A stretch of 33,140 bases of DNA from Octopus bimaculoides (Eukaryota), in assembly GCF_001194135.2 (NCBI RefSeq), contig NC_068982.1, positions 48,277,600-48,310,739 on the forward strand. The letters run 5' to 3'. Shown here piece by piece: positions 23,034 to 33,140 of this stretch. The position numbers were made by a program, and so were the translations under genes. The first letter of the stretch is position 1; every line of letters starts with the position of its first letter. The notes beneath the pieces are model-generated. The model was given only the letters and a program-made list of their open reading frames with translations. It had not been told where the DNA came from and did no database searches.

Positions 23034-23079
23034 GACACCTGACGAAGGCTGGAGGGTATATCAGCCGAAACGTTGTGTT
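23034..23079 (+). ncRNA. Minimal type-I hammerhead ribozyme motif
   Basis: Stem I GACAC(23034-38)/GUGUU(23075-79); core CUGACGA-A (23039-46); stem II GGCUG/CAGCC (23047-51/23062-66); GAA; palindromic stem III ACGU (23070-73); cleavage triplet GUU, predicted cut after 23074. Confidence 0.85.
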
Positions 23080-24654
23080 AACAACAAACAAGATGAGGAC
23101 AAATATCCGTCAAATGTAAATAATGTAAATAATGTAAATATGAATAAATAAGCATTACTTATGAAGGAGTAATCTGAATGTTAAAGGGTTAAATTAATGT
23201 TCTGTGACTCCTTTTATAGAGTAAGTTAAAATGAAGGAAATGTGACTGTGATCACTGGAAGCCCTTTGATGCTGAGATTGATGCAGCTGAAGAAAAAAGG
23301 CTGAATTAATAAGACAAGTAATGATGGTATGAATGAGAGTAGTGCTGTGTGGTTCAGTAGTTCACTTTGCAGCTACATGGCTCTAGGTTTGCTCCAGCTG
23401 TGCCATATGTCAGAAAATGAATTGTTCAGGTTTGAGACCATCATCTTGAGTTCGCCAATCAATACCTTGTGTGTGGAAGCCACTAGACTAAAACTGTAAC
23501 TGTCCTCAAAATACATGCATGTGTGTATGTATCTGCATGTGTATATGTGTATGTGTGTGTATGCTTGTGTGTGTGTGTTTGTGTGCATGTGTGTGTGTGT
23601 GTGTGTGTGTTTGAGCATGTGTATTTGTGTCTGTGTGCTTGCATGGTTAACTACATGGTTTCAGATTGATTCTCACTGCACAATAGCCAGTGTGCTTTCT
23701 ACCACAGTCTTGGACTGATTTAAGCCTTGCTGAGCCTTAACTATATATGAATATCACTGTCATATAAGCAGTGTCATTCATTTGCATCCTTCCATGAAAA
23801 AACGTCTAGAAATTGGGGTGTTTGTATTCAAAAAAACTAAAGGAACTATTGCTTTGCTTCAAAACAGGTAAGGATTGGTAACAAGATGAGGATCTAGTTA
23901 GACAAAGATGTCTCAACAAATTTCATTAAACCCATGCAAGCAATGATGAGAATCAAGATATAAATATAAATTGTCACTGCTACTGGTAGAAATGTAGTAA
24001 TCAGAAGAGGCTTCTTCATTAGCTGAAATGTTAGCATCATGTTTGATTATTTTTTAATGTCATCACTTCTTCAGAACTTTCCTCTCATCAAATATTAACA
24101 TATAACTACACAGAAAGCAAAACCAAAATACAAACTAAGCTAAAATCCACAAGTAATTCCTCCCATGTTTTCAGTTTGGAAAGCAATGGTGTAGCAAGGA
24201 GTTACTGACACACAAGGTGGCCACATCATATATATATGCTTGCTGTAGTTGAAGGTATGTTACTTAAGGAAGGAGGCAGCCAATTTGTCTATCACACAGG
24301 ACAGCCAGAACCCACTCAATGTCACTGTATGAAAGATATAATGGAAGTGTGATTTCTTGACAAATTTTTCAAACGAGTACCATATTTAGTAGTTGTAATA
24401 TTGGAACATGCACTGTAACAGTGCATAGCTGCATCTACCATTTGTTGGTGATTCCCTACTCCTGGTGGATAATATCTTTGCACTATTCAGGCAACAACCT
24501 TCCAACCCATGGGTCTGTTTTGGTAGTTGTTACTGGTGAGGGTTTTACAAGGTTGGAGTACAAATCTTACCTTAAAATTCTTTTGGTCACCTTTTACGAC
24601 ATGCAGTAGAAACATTGGGTCCAATTTTTGACATGCCAATCCCCATACAGCACT

Positions 24655-24776
24655 AGATCAATGTGAAACGAGGTGTTTTACTCAAGAATGCAATATGCTG
24701 TCCAGTCTGGGAATTGAACCCATTTTCTAGTGATCATGAGTGTAACACCTTGACCACCAGGCTATGTGCCTTCATG
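24655..24776 (-). mobile_element. SINE family D head, degenerate
   Basis: Reverse complement tgaaggcacatagcctggtggtcaagg...ggttcaattccc...ttcttgagtaaaacacc. Confidence 0.6.
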
Positions 24777-25472
24777 TACCATATTTAATGGGATGAAAAG
24801 AAAGAGGTAAAATTTGATACACAGGCATAATAAATGCAAGGGCATATTTGATGCATCCCAGTTTCAGCAGCCTATTTGCAAGTAAAACAATTTGTAATGC
24901 ATTAAAGGAGAATTAATTTATGGCAAGTTCAACTTTACATATAGGACCTGGGGTCGTTTTTCGAGATAAGTGCATCTTGTATGCCATGGAATACAATAAG
25001 TGTTGGAAAACAAACGGTAAAAACAAAACAAAAAAAGGTAAAAATGACAACAGCTTTCACATAAAGAAAAGTTTTACACTTGCATGAGAACAATTGTAAC
25101 TCCAATTCAGATATAAAGTTAGCTGAGAACTAAAATAAATCTTGTTAATGAGAATTCATGTGTGGAAAGTGTGTTGCAATAAAACCAATATATCACAGCT
25201 GAAATTTAATTAAATAACAGACTAATGAAGAATGTGACTGACTGAATAATACATGTTTTAAAGCCAGAAGTATAAAGTCAGAAACAATACAGATTGCATG
25301 GCTGAAATAAAGGCTATGGAAATCATCCCAAAAAATTCAATCAAATCCTCAATTACTTTCTAATTATTAATGTCAAAGCAACTCGACAATTGATTGAAAC
25401 TAAAGTTTTGTGTTTGTCTCTATGCATGAATGATTTTCAATGTTTCTTCACTTCTTATTTATAGATATTTAC

Positions 25473-25588
25473 TGAGGCACATCTATTTGAAGTGGTGATG
25501 AGTACTCTGAAATGCATCAGTCTGGATAGGTGGATTTCAAACTGACTTGGTGTCTTGACACCTATTCGTCTCCAGCGAGAAATTTTCT
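25473..25588 (-). CDS. Candidate 116-nt exon, product unknown
   Basis: attctttgtatttttgtgacAG acceptor, open frame KISRWRRIGVKTPSQFEIHLSRLMHFRVLITTSNRCAS, TCA|gtaaat donor. No homology recognised. Confidence 0.2.
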
Positions 25589-25690
25589 CTGTCACAAAAA
25601 TACAAAGAATGGCTTTCTTATGGGTTCAAATATGCCTGAAGCATATTTGAATTGCTAACAAGTTTATATTTTTATTTATAGTTAATTGTA

Positions 25691-26210
25691 CAGTAATGCC
25701 TGATTTGTTCCCTGAGACTGCTTGTAAAGCGAAAACTCGAAAAGCAAAGCAATAGTTTCCCACAGTAGCAATGTTATAAATCATAAGTCATTCCTAGAAA
25801 AATATTTTATCTTTAAATTTATAATACTCGTAAATAAAAGGCAATAAAACAACAGTAGAAAGTAAAGAATATTTTATGTAAAGTAAAAAGAATGTCAAGA
25901 TCAACCATTTTCTGAATCACTTTCACTTGCACTAGACATATAAACACCATCACTTGTGGACCTTATCACCGATTCACAAGCACTTGTAGATGGACTCGTA
26001 GATTTCTTCTTTTTTTTTTTAAATCTAGAGTTGTTTGCTTAGAAGAAGCTTTTTTTCACTGTCTATAAATTTCTCGGTAACATGCAGAAGCATTTGTTAT
26101 GGTAGTAGAAACTTTTGCACTTCGTTCAAAATTTGCATCTTGTGCTTAAAAAATTAAACTTGTAAACTCAGGGTCTTGTAAAGCAAGTCCTTAAAATTGA
26201 AGCATTACTG
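25691..26210 (-). mobile_element. Internally deleted Tigger/pogo element
   Basis: TA|CAGTAATGC (25689-25699) and GCATTACTG|TA (26202-26212) termini. Internal QDANFERSAKVSTTITNASACYREIYRQ*KKASSKQTTLD resembles the Tigger transposase C-terminus. Confidence 0.8.
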
Positions 26211-26491
26211 TATTTTCATGTGTGCTATGCAGTAGAAAATTATAGATATTCCATTGTCTAATACCAAGAAAACAGATACAGTTCATCATGATATTAATGA
26301 AAACTCTGACTTTACATAATGAATCAGTGAGAATACAGTCCATAAGTATCTGTCACCTCTGAGTTGTTAAACATTATTCACCATCTAGAAATGAACTGCC
26401 AAGTTATAGGGATGTAAACACCAACACTGGTTGTTAAGTTGTGGTGGGAGAAAAACACTGATACAAAGACACACACTCACATATATACATA

Positions 26492-26602
26492 TGATGGGCT
26501 TCTCGTAGTTTCTCTCTATCAAATCTACTCGTGATGCTATGCAGTAAGACTGAATCTGGAACTATGTGGTTGGCAAGCAAGTTTCTTACCACACAGCCAT
26601 GC

Positions 26603-26606
<4 letters not shown>
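26492..26606 (-). mobile_element. SINE family B 5' part, internally deleted
   Basis: gactgaatctggaactatgtggttggcaagcaagtttcttaccacacagccatgcc. Confidence 0.7.
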
Positions 26607-26637
<31 letters not shown>

Positions 26638-26989
26638 TATTATATTATATAAGTCCTACATCATTTATTGTGTACCGTTTGCCACTTTAGTTTAGAAATG
26701 GAAACATTGTGTAAGTGTGTGTACGTGTGTGTGTGTGTGCGTGCGTGTGTGTGTGTATGTGTGTGTGTGTGTGTATGTGTGTGTGTTTTCTGCACTCATC
26801 GGATGCTTCATATTCAAATGAGTTTTGCTCTATATTTGAATGTATTAAATCCTTTCTTGTGTGAATGGTCTGCTTATTTTCTTGATTAAAAATCCATTCA
26901 CACACATATACAAATACACGCCCACACACACACACACACGCACACACACACACACACACGCACACACACACACACGCACNNNNNNNNNN

Positions 26990-27023
<34 letters not shown>

Positions 27024-27145
27024 ATTTTTTAATGAATGGTATCAACCATCAAATACACTAAAGACATCTCAGAAATTTGCTCTAGTAATTTGGTTTCAGT
27101 ATATTACTGCTGCTTCATCATGATCATCATTATTATTATTATTAC

Positions 27146-27174
<29 letters not shown>

Positions 27175-27176
<2 letters not shown>

Positions 27177-27260
27177 TAGTGTCTGTTTCCCATGCAGGAA
27201 TACGTTGGACAGTTTCACTGGAGCTGGTAAGCCAAAGAGCTGCACCAGGTTCCAGTCACT
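27175..27260 (-). mobile_element. Degenerate family C / RTE-type tail fragment
   Basis: ttagtgtctgtttcccatgc...gttggacag...gctgcaccaggttccagtc adjacent to an (att)n/(atc)n tract. Confidence 0.45.
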
Positions 27261-27989
27261 ACCAGTTGATACTAATAAGTTAAATATTACCTAGGTCAAG
27301 AGCTGTCCAAAAACCAATCTCACTTTGTCTAAGTTTACCTTTCCAAAACCTTTGATTCTCATTCAAGAATTAAATGAACAACAGAATTGACAGAGAAAAT
27401 AGAAACATTATCTGAAGCTACATTTGGTAGGACCGCATTTAAGTTAAATGAGGCCTTTGCTTGTTGTTCTGATGAGAAGTCATACAGCAGACATTCACTA
27501 ACAATTAAAACAATAGGCCAATTAACAAATTAATTATTGTAGCTGATGGATTTCTGAGATGGAAAAATATTTAAAAAAATAAAATTGTATAAAAATACAA
27601 ATGATATTCTGTACTACAATGATTTTCTTTTCTGTCTTTAATAAACATTAATTTGTCTTTGTTTTTTATTTTTAATATGGTATTTGAAATTGTTTGAATT
27701 AAGATATTTATAAATAGATTTTTAATTATAAGAAATTAGACAACAAAATTCAATATTGGAATTGTTGTTAACTTCAGAGAATGTGATGTATAATAATGAT
27801 CTCTACTATTTGGGGAATGTATCTTAGGCATTTATAAGTAGTAATTTTTTTTTTTTATTCAGCACTATAACATCATTAGATGTAGATGAAGAACAATCCA
27901 ACAATGGAATCTCTAGGTGATTGCTTGACCTGTTAAAAACAGTAGCCAATCTTTTTGTTTGCAAATGACACTGTACTGTCTTAATACAG

Positions 27990-28140
27990 AGTTCAAATCC
28001 TGCTGAGGTCAACTCTGCCTTTCATCCTTCCAGAATCAATGAAATAAGTACCAGCCAAGTACTGGGTTTGATGTAGTATATCAGCCCCTCCCCTAAAATT
28101 TCAGGCCTTATGCTTATAGTAAAAAGGATTATTATTATTG
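27990..28140 (+). mobile_element. SINE family A, 3' two-thirds
   Basis: gagttcaaatcctgctgaggtcaactctgcctttcatcc...aagtaccagcc...aggattattatt. Confidence 0.75.
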
Positions 28141-28342
28141 GAGAGTATTATAGTTCACTTGAAGCATTGTGTATTGTTTGTAAAGAATAAAAAGTTTTGA
28201 ATGGTACAACAATGCTCTATAATACAAACAATGGGCTATATACCTGCTGTAATTTAGTCATCCATAATATTCCAGAATAAAATCCCTTCTTCAGATATTC
28301 TTTGATGGAGTTGCTGCTATAATCAGTTTTCCATCACCAAGA

Positions 28343-28551
28343 TGGTGAGCTGGCAGAATCATTAGCATGCTGGGTAAAATGCTTAGTAGTATTTCGTCCA
28401 TCTTTATGTTTGGAGTTCAAATTTCACCAAGGTTGACTTTGCCATTCATTCATTCGGAGTCGATAAAATAAGTACCAGTTCAACAGTGGGGTCGATGTAA
28501 TCGACTTACCTGCTCCCCCAAAATTGCTGCCCTTGTAGCAAAATTTGAAAC

Positions 28552-28610
<59 letters not shown>
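28343..28610 (+). mobile_element. SINE family A, full length with long (ATT)n tail
   Basis: A-box-like tggcagaatc, B-box-like gagttcaaatt, and a ttcat...gagtcgataaaataagtaccag segment resembling the Deu/Nin SINE domain (recognised from memory). Confidence 0.88.
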
Positions 28611-28611
<1 letters not shown>

Positions 28612-28612
<1 letters not shown>

Positions 28613-28845
28613 GGCAAGCTGGCAAGATCATTTGCTTGTTGGACAAAATACTTAGTGCCATTTCTTCCAGCACAATATGTTCTCAGTTCAAATCCTGCTG
28701 AGTTCAACTTTGCCTTTCATCCTTCTGAAGTTGATGAATAAGTACTAGTTGAATACTGGGGTCAATGGAATCAACCTATTCTGCTCCTAAAATTGCTGGT
28801 CTTGAACCAACTCTTGAAACTATTCTTTTTATTATTATTATCATT
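28612..28845 (+). mobile_element. SINE family A, older copy directly downstream of the previous one
   Basis: gctggcaagatcatt...cagttcaaatcc...tttcatccttctgaagttgatgaataagtactag...tgaaactatt. Confidence 0.8.
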
Positions 28846-28846
28846 A

Positions 28847-29400
28847 TTGAGTAAGAGAGCAGTGCATGCCATCAAAGTGACACTGGGGTACAATTATATG
28901 AAGCCCAGTATACCCATCATGACTACCTGTCTGTGTATACAAGGCATATACATCACAACCATATATGCATGACATGGTGATTTCATATCAAGATAAACAG
29001 CACATGACCTTGCAGGTGGAGGCCAAGTTAGAATCTTTTTTAGGCTGAGTGGTCCATCCTGTTCAAAAGGTCCTTGAATAAGGGTTGTTTAAGGATGTTG
29101 AATGAAACACCCATGTTTCCAGAGGTGAATTATTCTAACCCCAGAGAATTCCTCTCAGCACATGGCTATGATGCTGCCCCACTACTTCTGCTCATGATCA
29201 GAGATGCACATATCATCAGCCACCAAGAGACATGCTCAACTGGTTAAGGTCAAACAGCTGACAAGCAAATCTATGGTATTGAGTAGAATATTTGCTGTAG
29301 CCCATCTTTTATACCAAGACAAAACAATGTACATGGTAACATTTCCAGTCAGTTAAGATCAAAAGCCATGAGAGCCACTGCTTGGCACTACATCAGGGCA

Positions 29401-29402
<2 letters not shown>
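28847..29402 (-). mobile_element. Non-coding interspersed element F (~555 bp) embedded in TAA repeats
   Basis: Second, partial copy at 17041-17330. Both copies end in ctct(c/t)actcaataat on the inferred sense strand. Orientation is inferred from tail and truncation. Confidence 0.7.
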
Positions 29403-29539
<137 letters not shown>

Positions 29540-29544
29540 GCTTG

Positions 29545-29760
29545 TGCCTCTCCAGTATCCCTGTTCAGAGAATCTATGTTGTGCATGCATACAGGAAGCT
29601 AGCAAGTGCCATTGCAAATGGGAGTCTGATTTTACTTTATGAGCAGATGTTTCTACCAATCCATATTTGTTTAACTTTGGTCAGTGCAGTTCTTGCAAAG
29701 AGGATTTCAAGTCTACATCCTTGATCATCAATCATTTCCCCCAGGTATTTGAACAGCTGC
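29545..29760 (-). mobile_element. Degenerate RTE LINE fragment (late RT / thumb)
   Basis: FKYLGEMIDDQGCRLEIL...ALTKVKQIWIGRNICS*SKIRL...FLYACTT*IL resembles FKYLG...EI..R...IW....I....K.RL...LY.CE.W. Several stops. Confidence 0.7.
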
Positions 29761-30177
29761 AAAGGCATGAAATATTCTAATGCAGCCATTTTAGTGAAGC
29801 TGATTCAACACTGATTTATTTAACATTTCTCTCATTCACTCTCACACTGTCTATCTCTCTCTCTCTCCCTGTTTATGTGTGGCAGTATATTTCTTTTTAT
29901 GCATATGAGGAGAGGAAAAGTGTTTATGTCAATCAAGTTCAATCAAAGTATAATCTACCTCTCTTACTTTACATGTGTACATATATTTCTGCACACACAC
30001 ACACACATGTTTGTGTATTTCTGCACACACACACACACACATATATGTTTGTGTATATATTCGTCTCCAGCAACAACAAGAAAAATGCAGCAAAGCTGCA
30101 TGATAGTGGTATAAGACATGGCATGCAGATCATCATATAACTTGTTTAACATGAGCACTGCATTATCATTTTTCGTT

Positions 30178-30312
30178 TCTGTTTTATTTCGACATGCACA
30201 TTGCATTTCTATTCTTCATTTCCATTTTATTTTGACAAGCGCATTGCATTTTTATTCTCTTCTGTTTTATTTTGACATGCGCCTTGCAGTTTATTCTTCT
30301 CTTCCATTTTAT
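30178..30312 (+). repeat. Three imperfect 40-43-bp tandem repeats
   Basis: ttttattt(c/t)gaca(t/a)gc anchors, with gaca at 30191, 30234 and 30274. Confidence 0.8.
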
Positions 30313-30361
30313 GAATTCAGTGTGCACATGTGCATTGTGTATCCATTCTTTTATTTACAGA

Positions 30362-30419
30362 TCACAGCCATCTCATGAACTGCATTCATGAGGAGCACTT
30401 CTCGCTCCGATGGCTGTGA
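30362..30419. other. Perfect T-shaped (three-way junction) palindrome
   Basis: P1 tcacagccatc/gatggctgtga (11 bp), P2 tcatgaa/ttcatga (7 bp), P3 ggagc/gctcc (5 bp). No unpaired junction bases. Confidence 0.85.
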
Positions 30420-31884
30420 AAAAAGTATTGGTCGTGAAAACAGGTTCAATGTCCAATCAGCAATGCCAAATTGTCAGCCTTCAAACAGCTGTGCACAGTT
30501 TCTCTCCATATATTGAAATGTTTGTTGTGATGATACTGTTGGCATTTTTATCATGTCTTTATTCATTTTATTTATTTTTTAAATATTTTTCTGCTCTGAT
30601 TTCTATTTCAAACATCAAGCAATGAGAAGCAACATCAGTAGATTTGAAAACGTGGTGTATAAGAAGACAAAATTCTTTGTAGTATTTAATTATGTCTGTC
30701 AGCAGTGAGCTAGACTTGATTTTGTTGTTCTTTTACTCCTTTGCTTATCGTTCAGGGTTTGATGGAACAAGTACCAGTCATACACTGAAGTAGGTATAAT
30801 CAAATATATTGCTCCCACAAAATTTAAGGTCTTGCAGAGAAGTTTAAAAAGCAAAAAAACATTTATTTATTTACTTGATATATGTGGCAGCATCTGTTTG
30901 TGTTTGCTTCGTTTTCTTTTACTTTAATGTTGAAAGTTTTCTTTAGACATTTTTATAAGTTTCATCATCATCGTCATCGTCGTTGTCGTCGTCATCATTA
31001 TCATCAGATCATTTACTGCACTTGAAAGCAAGTTTGTTCATATGAACACTGGTCTACAACTTGCCACTCACAATTCTCACTAATTAAACATCTCCATAAA
31101 TAGACTGCAGAAAATCCTACATCTTAATTTGTCACATGCACATGTGTACACAAACACATGCATATATATGTGTGTGTGTGTGTATAAACACATAAGTTTG
31201 TGCTTTAGTGATATGTATATATAAAATTCTTTATGCAGATATACAAATGAGATATAGTTATGTAAGTATATTCAGACACATACAAACATTCATGCATACA
31301 CACATACATACATACATACATACATACATACATACATACATACATACATACATGCATACATACATACATGCATGCAGACATACATATATGTATATATACA
31401 TATGTGTGTGTGAATGTATACACATATACATGTATATACATACACACATTCCCTGATTAGAGGTATTCACATTCTTACATGTGGTTAAAACATACATGCA
31501 CACACAGAAATAAAAATAGGCATCTTACAGTCACCTGCTGCCTCATATTACAAACAGCTATAACAACAACCACATTGTAATATCTAAATACAATGGCATC
31601 ATCATCTTCATCATTGTCATCATCATCATCCTCATCAACAACAACAAGATAGCATCATCATCATCATCATTATTATCAACAACAAGATGGCATTATCATC
31701 ATCATCATTTGGACATAACAGCAACTAAAGCATCTGCATCAATGGTAATTTCTGCATGTCTTACAAGAAATAGTGGGAGGAAAAGTATACCTGAATATGT
31801 GAACACCAAGCAGTGTTCCTCTTCTAATCAAATGCCACAGCAAATAATTGGAGAGAAGTGCGAAGTATGTACATACTTATACAT

Positions 31885-32212
31885 TTACTAGCATTTTCTG
31901 TTGGTTATGTCGATGAGGTTCCAGTTGATCTGATAAACAGAACAGCATGTTCATGAGATTAACCTGCAAGTGACTGAGCACTCCACAGACACATGTACCC
32001 TTAATGCAGTTCTCAGAGTGATTCAGTGTGACACAGAATGTTACATGGCTGGCCCTTTGAAATACAAGTACTACTCATTTTTACCAGCTGAGTAGACTAG
32101 AGCAATGTGAAATAAAGTGTCTTGCTCAAGGACACAACATGCCACTGAGTATTGAACTTGTGACTTTATGATTGTGAGCCAAGTGCCTTAACCACTAAGC
32201 CATGCATCTTCA
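31885..32212 (-). mobile_element. tRNA-derived SINE sharing the family D head and central domain, with a different 3' part
   Basis: Reverse complement gtgaagatgcatggcttagtggttaagg...agttcaatac...gtgtccttgagcaagacactttatttcacattgctctagtctactcagctg. Confidence 0.75.
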
Positions 32213-32332
32213 CTTATGCAAACAAAGACACACACATACATTTACACAAACATGATCACACACACTCACACAAACACATATATACACACATATTCATTCA
32301 TGTGTATAATACAGCTTGGCATCACTGATGTT

Positions 32333-32481
32333 GCAACTCATTTCTACAGCTGAGTGAAGTGGAGTAACATGAAAATAAAGTGTCTTGCTCAAAAACACAA
32401 CACACAACCTGGACCAGGAATCGAATTCACTACCTCATGATTGTGAGCCCGCCACTCTAACCACTGAGCCATGCACCTTCA
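32333..32481 (-). mobile_element. SINE family D, 5' half
   Basis: Close reverse match to 20643-20785 (tggctcagtgg A box, aattcgattcc B box). Confidence 0.85.
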
Positions 32482-32957
32482 TATGTATGTATGTATACAC
32501 ATAAAACAGTACTTCTTCAATAACCAAACATTTTGGCTATTTGACCTCCTTGGAGGTCCAACAAATCTGTCATTTTAATGAATTTTAATTACCTTTTCCT
32601 GATGATATTTCAAAAGAAACAGCAATATTAGCAAAACGTATTAAGCAACACTAAATCAAAAATCAAAAATCATAAAAATAAGCAAGCTTTTGACGGTTTT
32701 ATAGATATTTCAGAATTATGATGCTTGGTGTTCGCATTATATTGTCCAACCTTTGTATATACATACATATATATGTATGTGTGTGTGTGTGTATGCAGTC
32801 AGTCATCAGGACTATGACTGCCCATGGCTTTGACATGACTTGATAATCTTTCTCTGTTGGTTTTGCACTTGAGTTTGCTATTTATTATGATCAATTCTTT
32901 ACCACTTCATATTCCTTTTTGCAGTATCTTTGAATCTCACTCTATCTCTGCTCATTC

Positions 32958-33002
<45 letters not shown>

Positions 33003-33140
33003 TATCTCATTCCAGGGTGAAAAACTAGAGGTAGTCAATAGCCTCCGCTATCTGGGCGACCAAGTTAGTAGTGGGGGTGGGTGCGTTGAAAGTGTAGCTG
33101 CTAGAATAAGAATAGCCTGGGCAAAGTTTAGAGAGCTCTT
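33003..33140 (+). mobile_element. 5'-truncated RTE-type LINE, same family as 11192 (runs off window end)
   Basis: ISFQGEKLEVVNSLRYLGDQVSSGGGCVESVAARIRIAWAKFREL. 33003-33096 closely matches 11303-11396. Confidence 0.92.

Larger units (their letters stand above)
22841..23140 (+). mobile_element. tRNA-headed, hammerhead-containing retroposon (candidate Penelope-dependent SINE)
   Basis: Flanked by direct repeats AATATGAATAAA (22829-22840 and 23137-23148). Contains a tRNA-like head, a hammerhead core and a (GTAAATAAT)n tail. Confidence 0.8.
22661..23188 (+). mobile_element. piggyBac-like MITE interrupted by a retroposon
   Basis: TTAA|CCCTTTAACATT (22657-22672) and AATGTTAAAGGG|TTAA (23177-23192): perfect 12-bp TIRs with TTAA TSD. 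About 220 bp without the insert, matching the 217-bp copy at 4759-4975. Confidence 0.85.

Noticed and set aside
22993-23115. Alternative type-III or long-loop hammerhead folds using catcgtt (22994-23000) or ccgtc (23107-23111)
   Set aside because: Neither provides a stem I partner for GACAC. The minimal fold does.
24408-24426. 19-bp near-perfect palindrome atgcactgt-a-acagtgcat; also catgtgatcacatg near 18805
   Set aside because: Short isolated palindromes with no supporting context.
27285-27510. Minus-strand exon-like stretch with good donors (GGAAAG|gtaaac, CCTAG|gtaata)
   Set aside because: Every plausible acceptor gives an in-frame stop before the donors.
32540-32760. Possible Tc1-like terminal repeat and gacctcc-tt-ggaggtc palindrome
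   Set aside because: No matching opposite terminus or transposase remnant found.

Overview
AT-rich, microsatellite-dense eukaryotic DNA with seven N-gaps, probably intronic or intergenic. The repeat landscape resembles a coleoid cephalopod (Octopus-like); this is inferred from pattern recognition, not a search. No intact protein-coding gene can be supported, and most ORFs in the supplied track are CA/TA/ATT microsatellite or N-gap artefacts. The window is a patchwork of at least four recurrent SINE-like families, fragments of RTE-type and R4/Dong-type non-LTR retrotransposons, a Helitron Rep fragment, and short non-autonomous DNA transposons (mariner, Tigger/pogo, hAT-Charlie, piggyBac-like). 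The most notable object is a ~300-bp insertion at 22841-23140. It has a tRNA-derived Pol III head, a minimal type-I hammerhead ribozyme of the Penelope-like-element (PLE) kind, a 9-nt repeat tail, an inverted copy of that tail at its 5' end and a 12-bp target-site duplication, and it sits inside a piggyBac-like MITE. Other unexplained structures are a perfect T-shaped three-way junction (30362-30419), a triple hairpin (10480-10553), a 70-bp-arm foldback (3095-3247) and a ~555-bp non-coding element embedded in TAA repeats.
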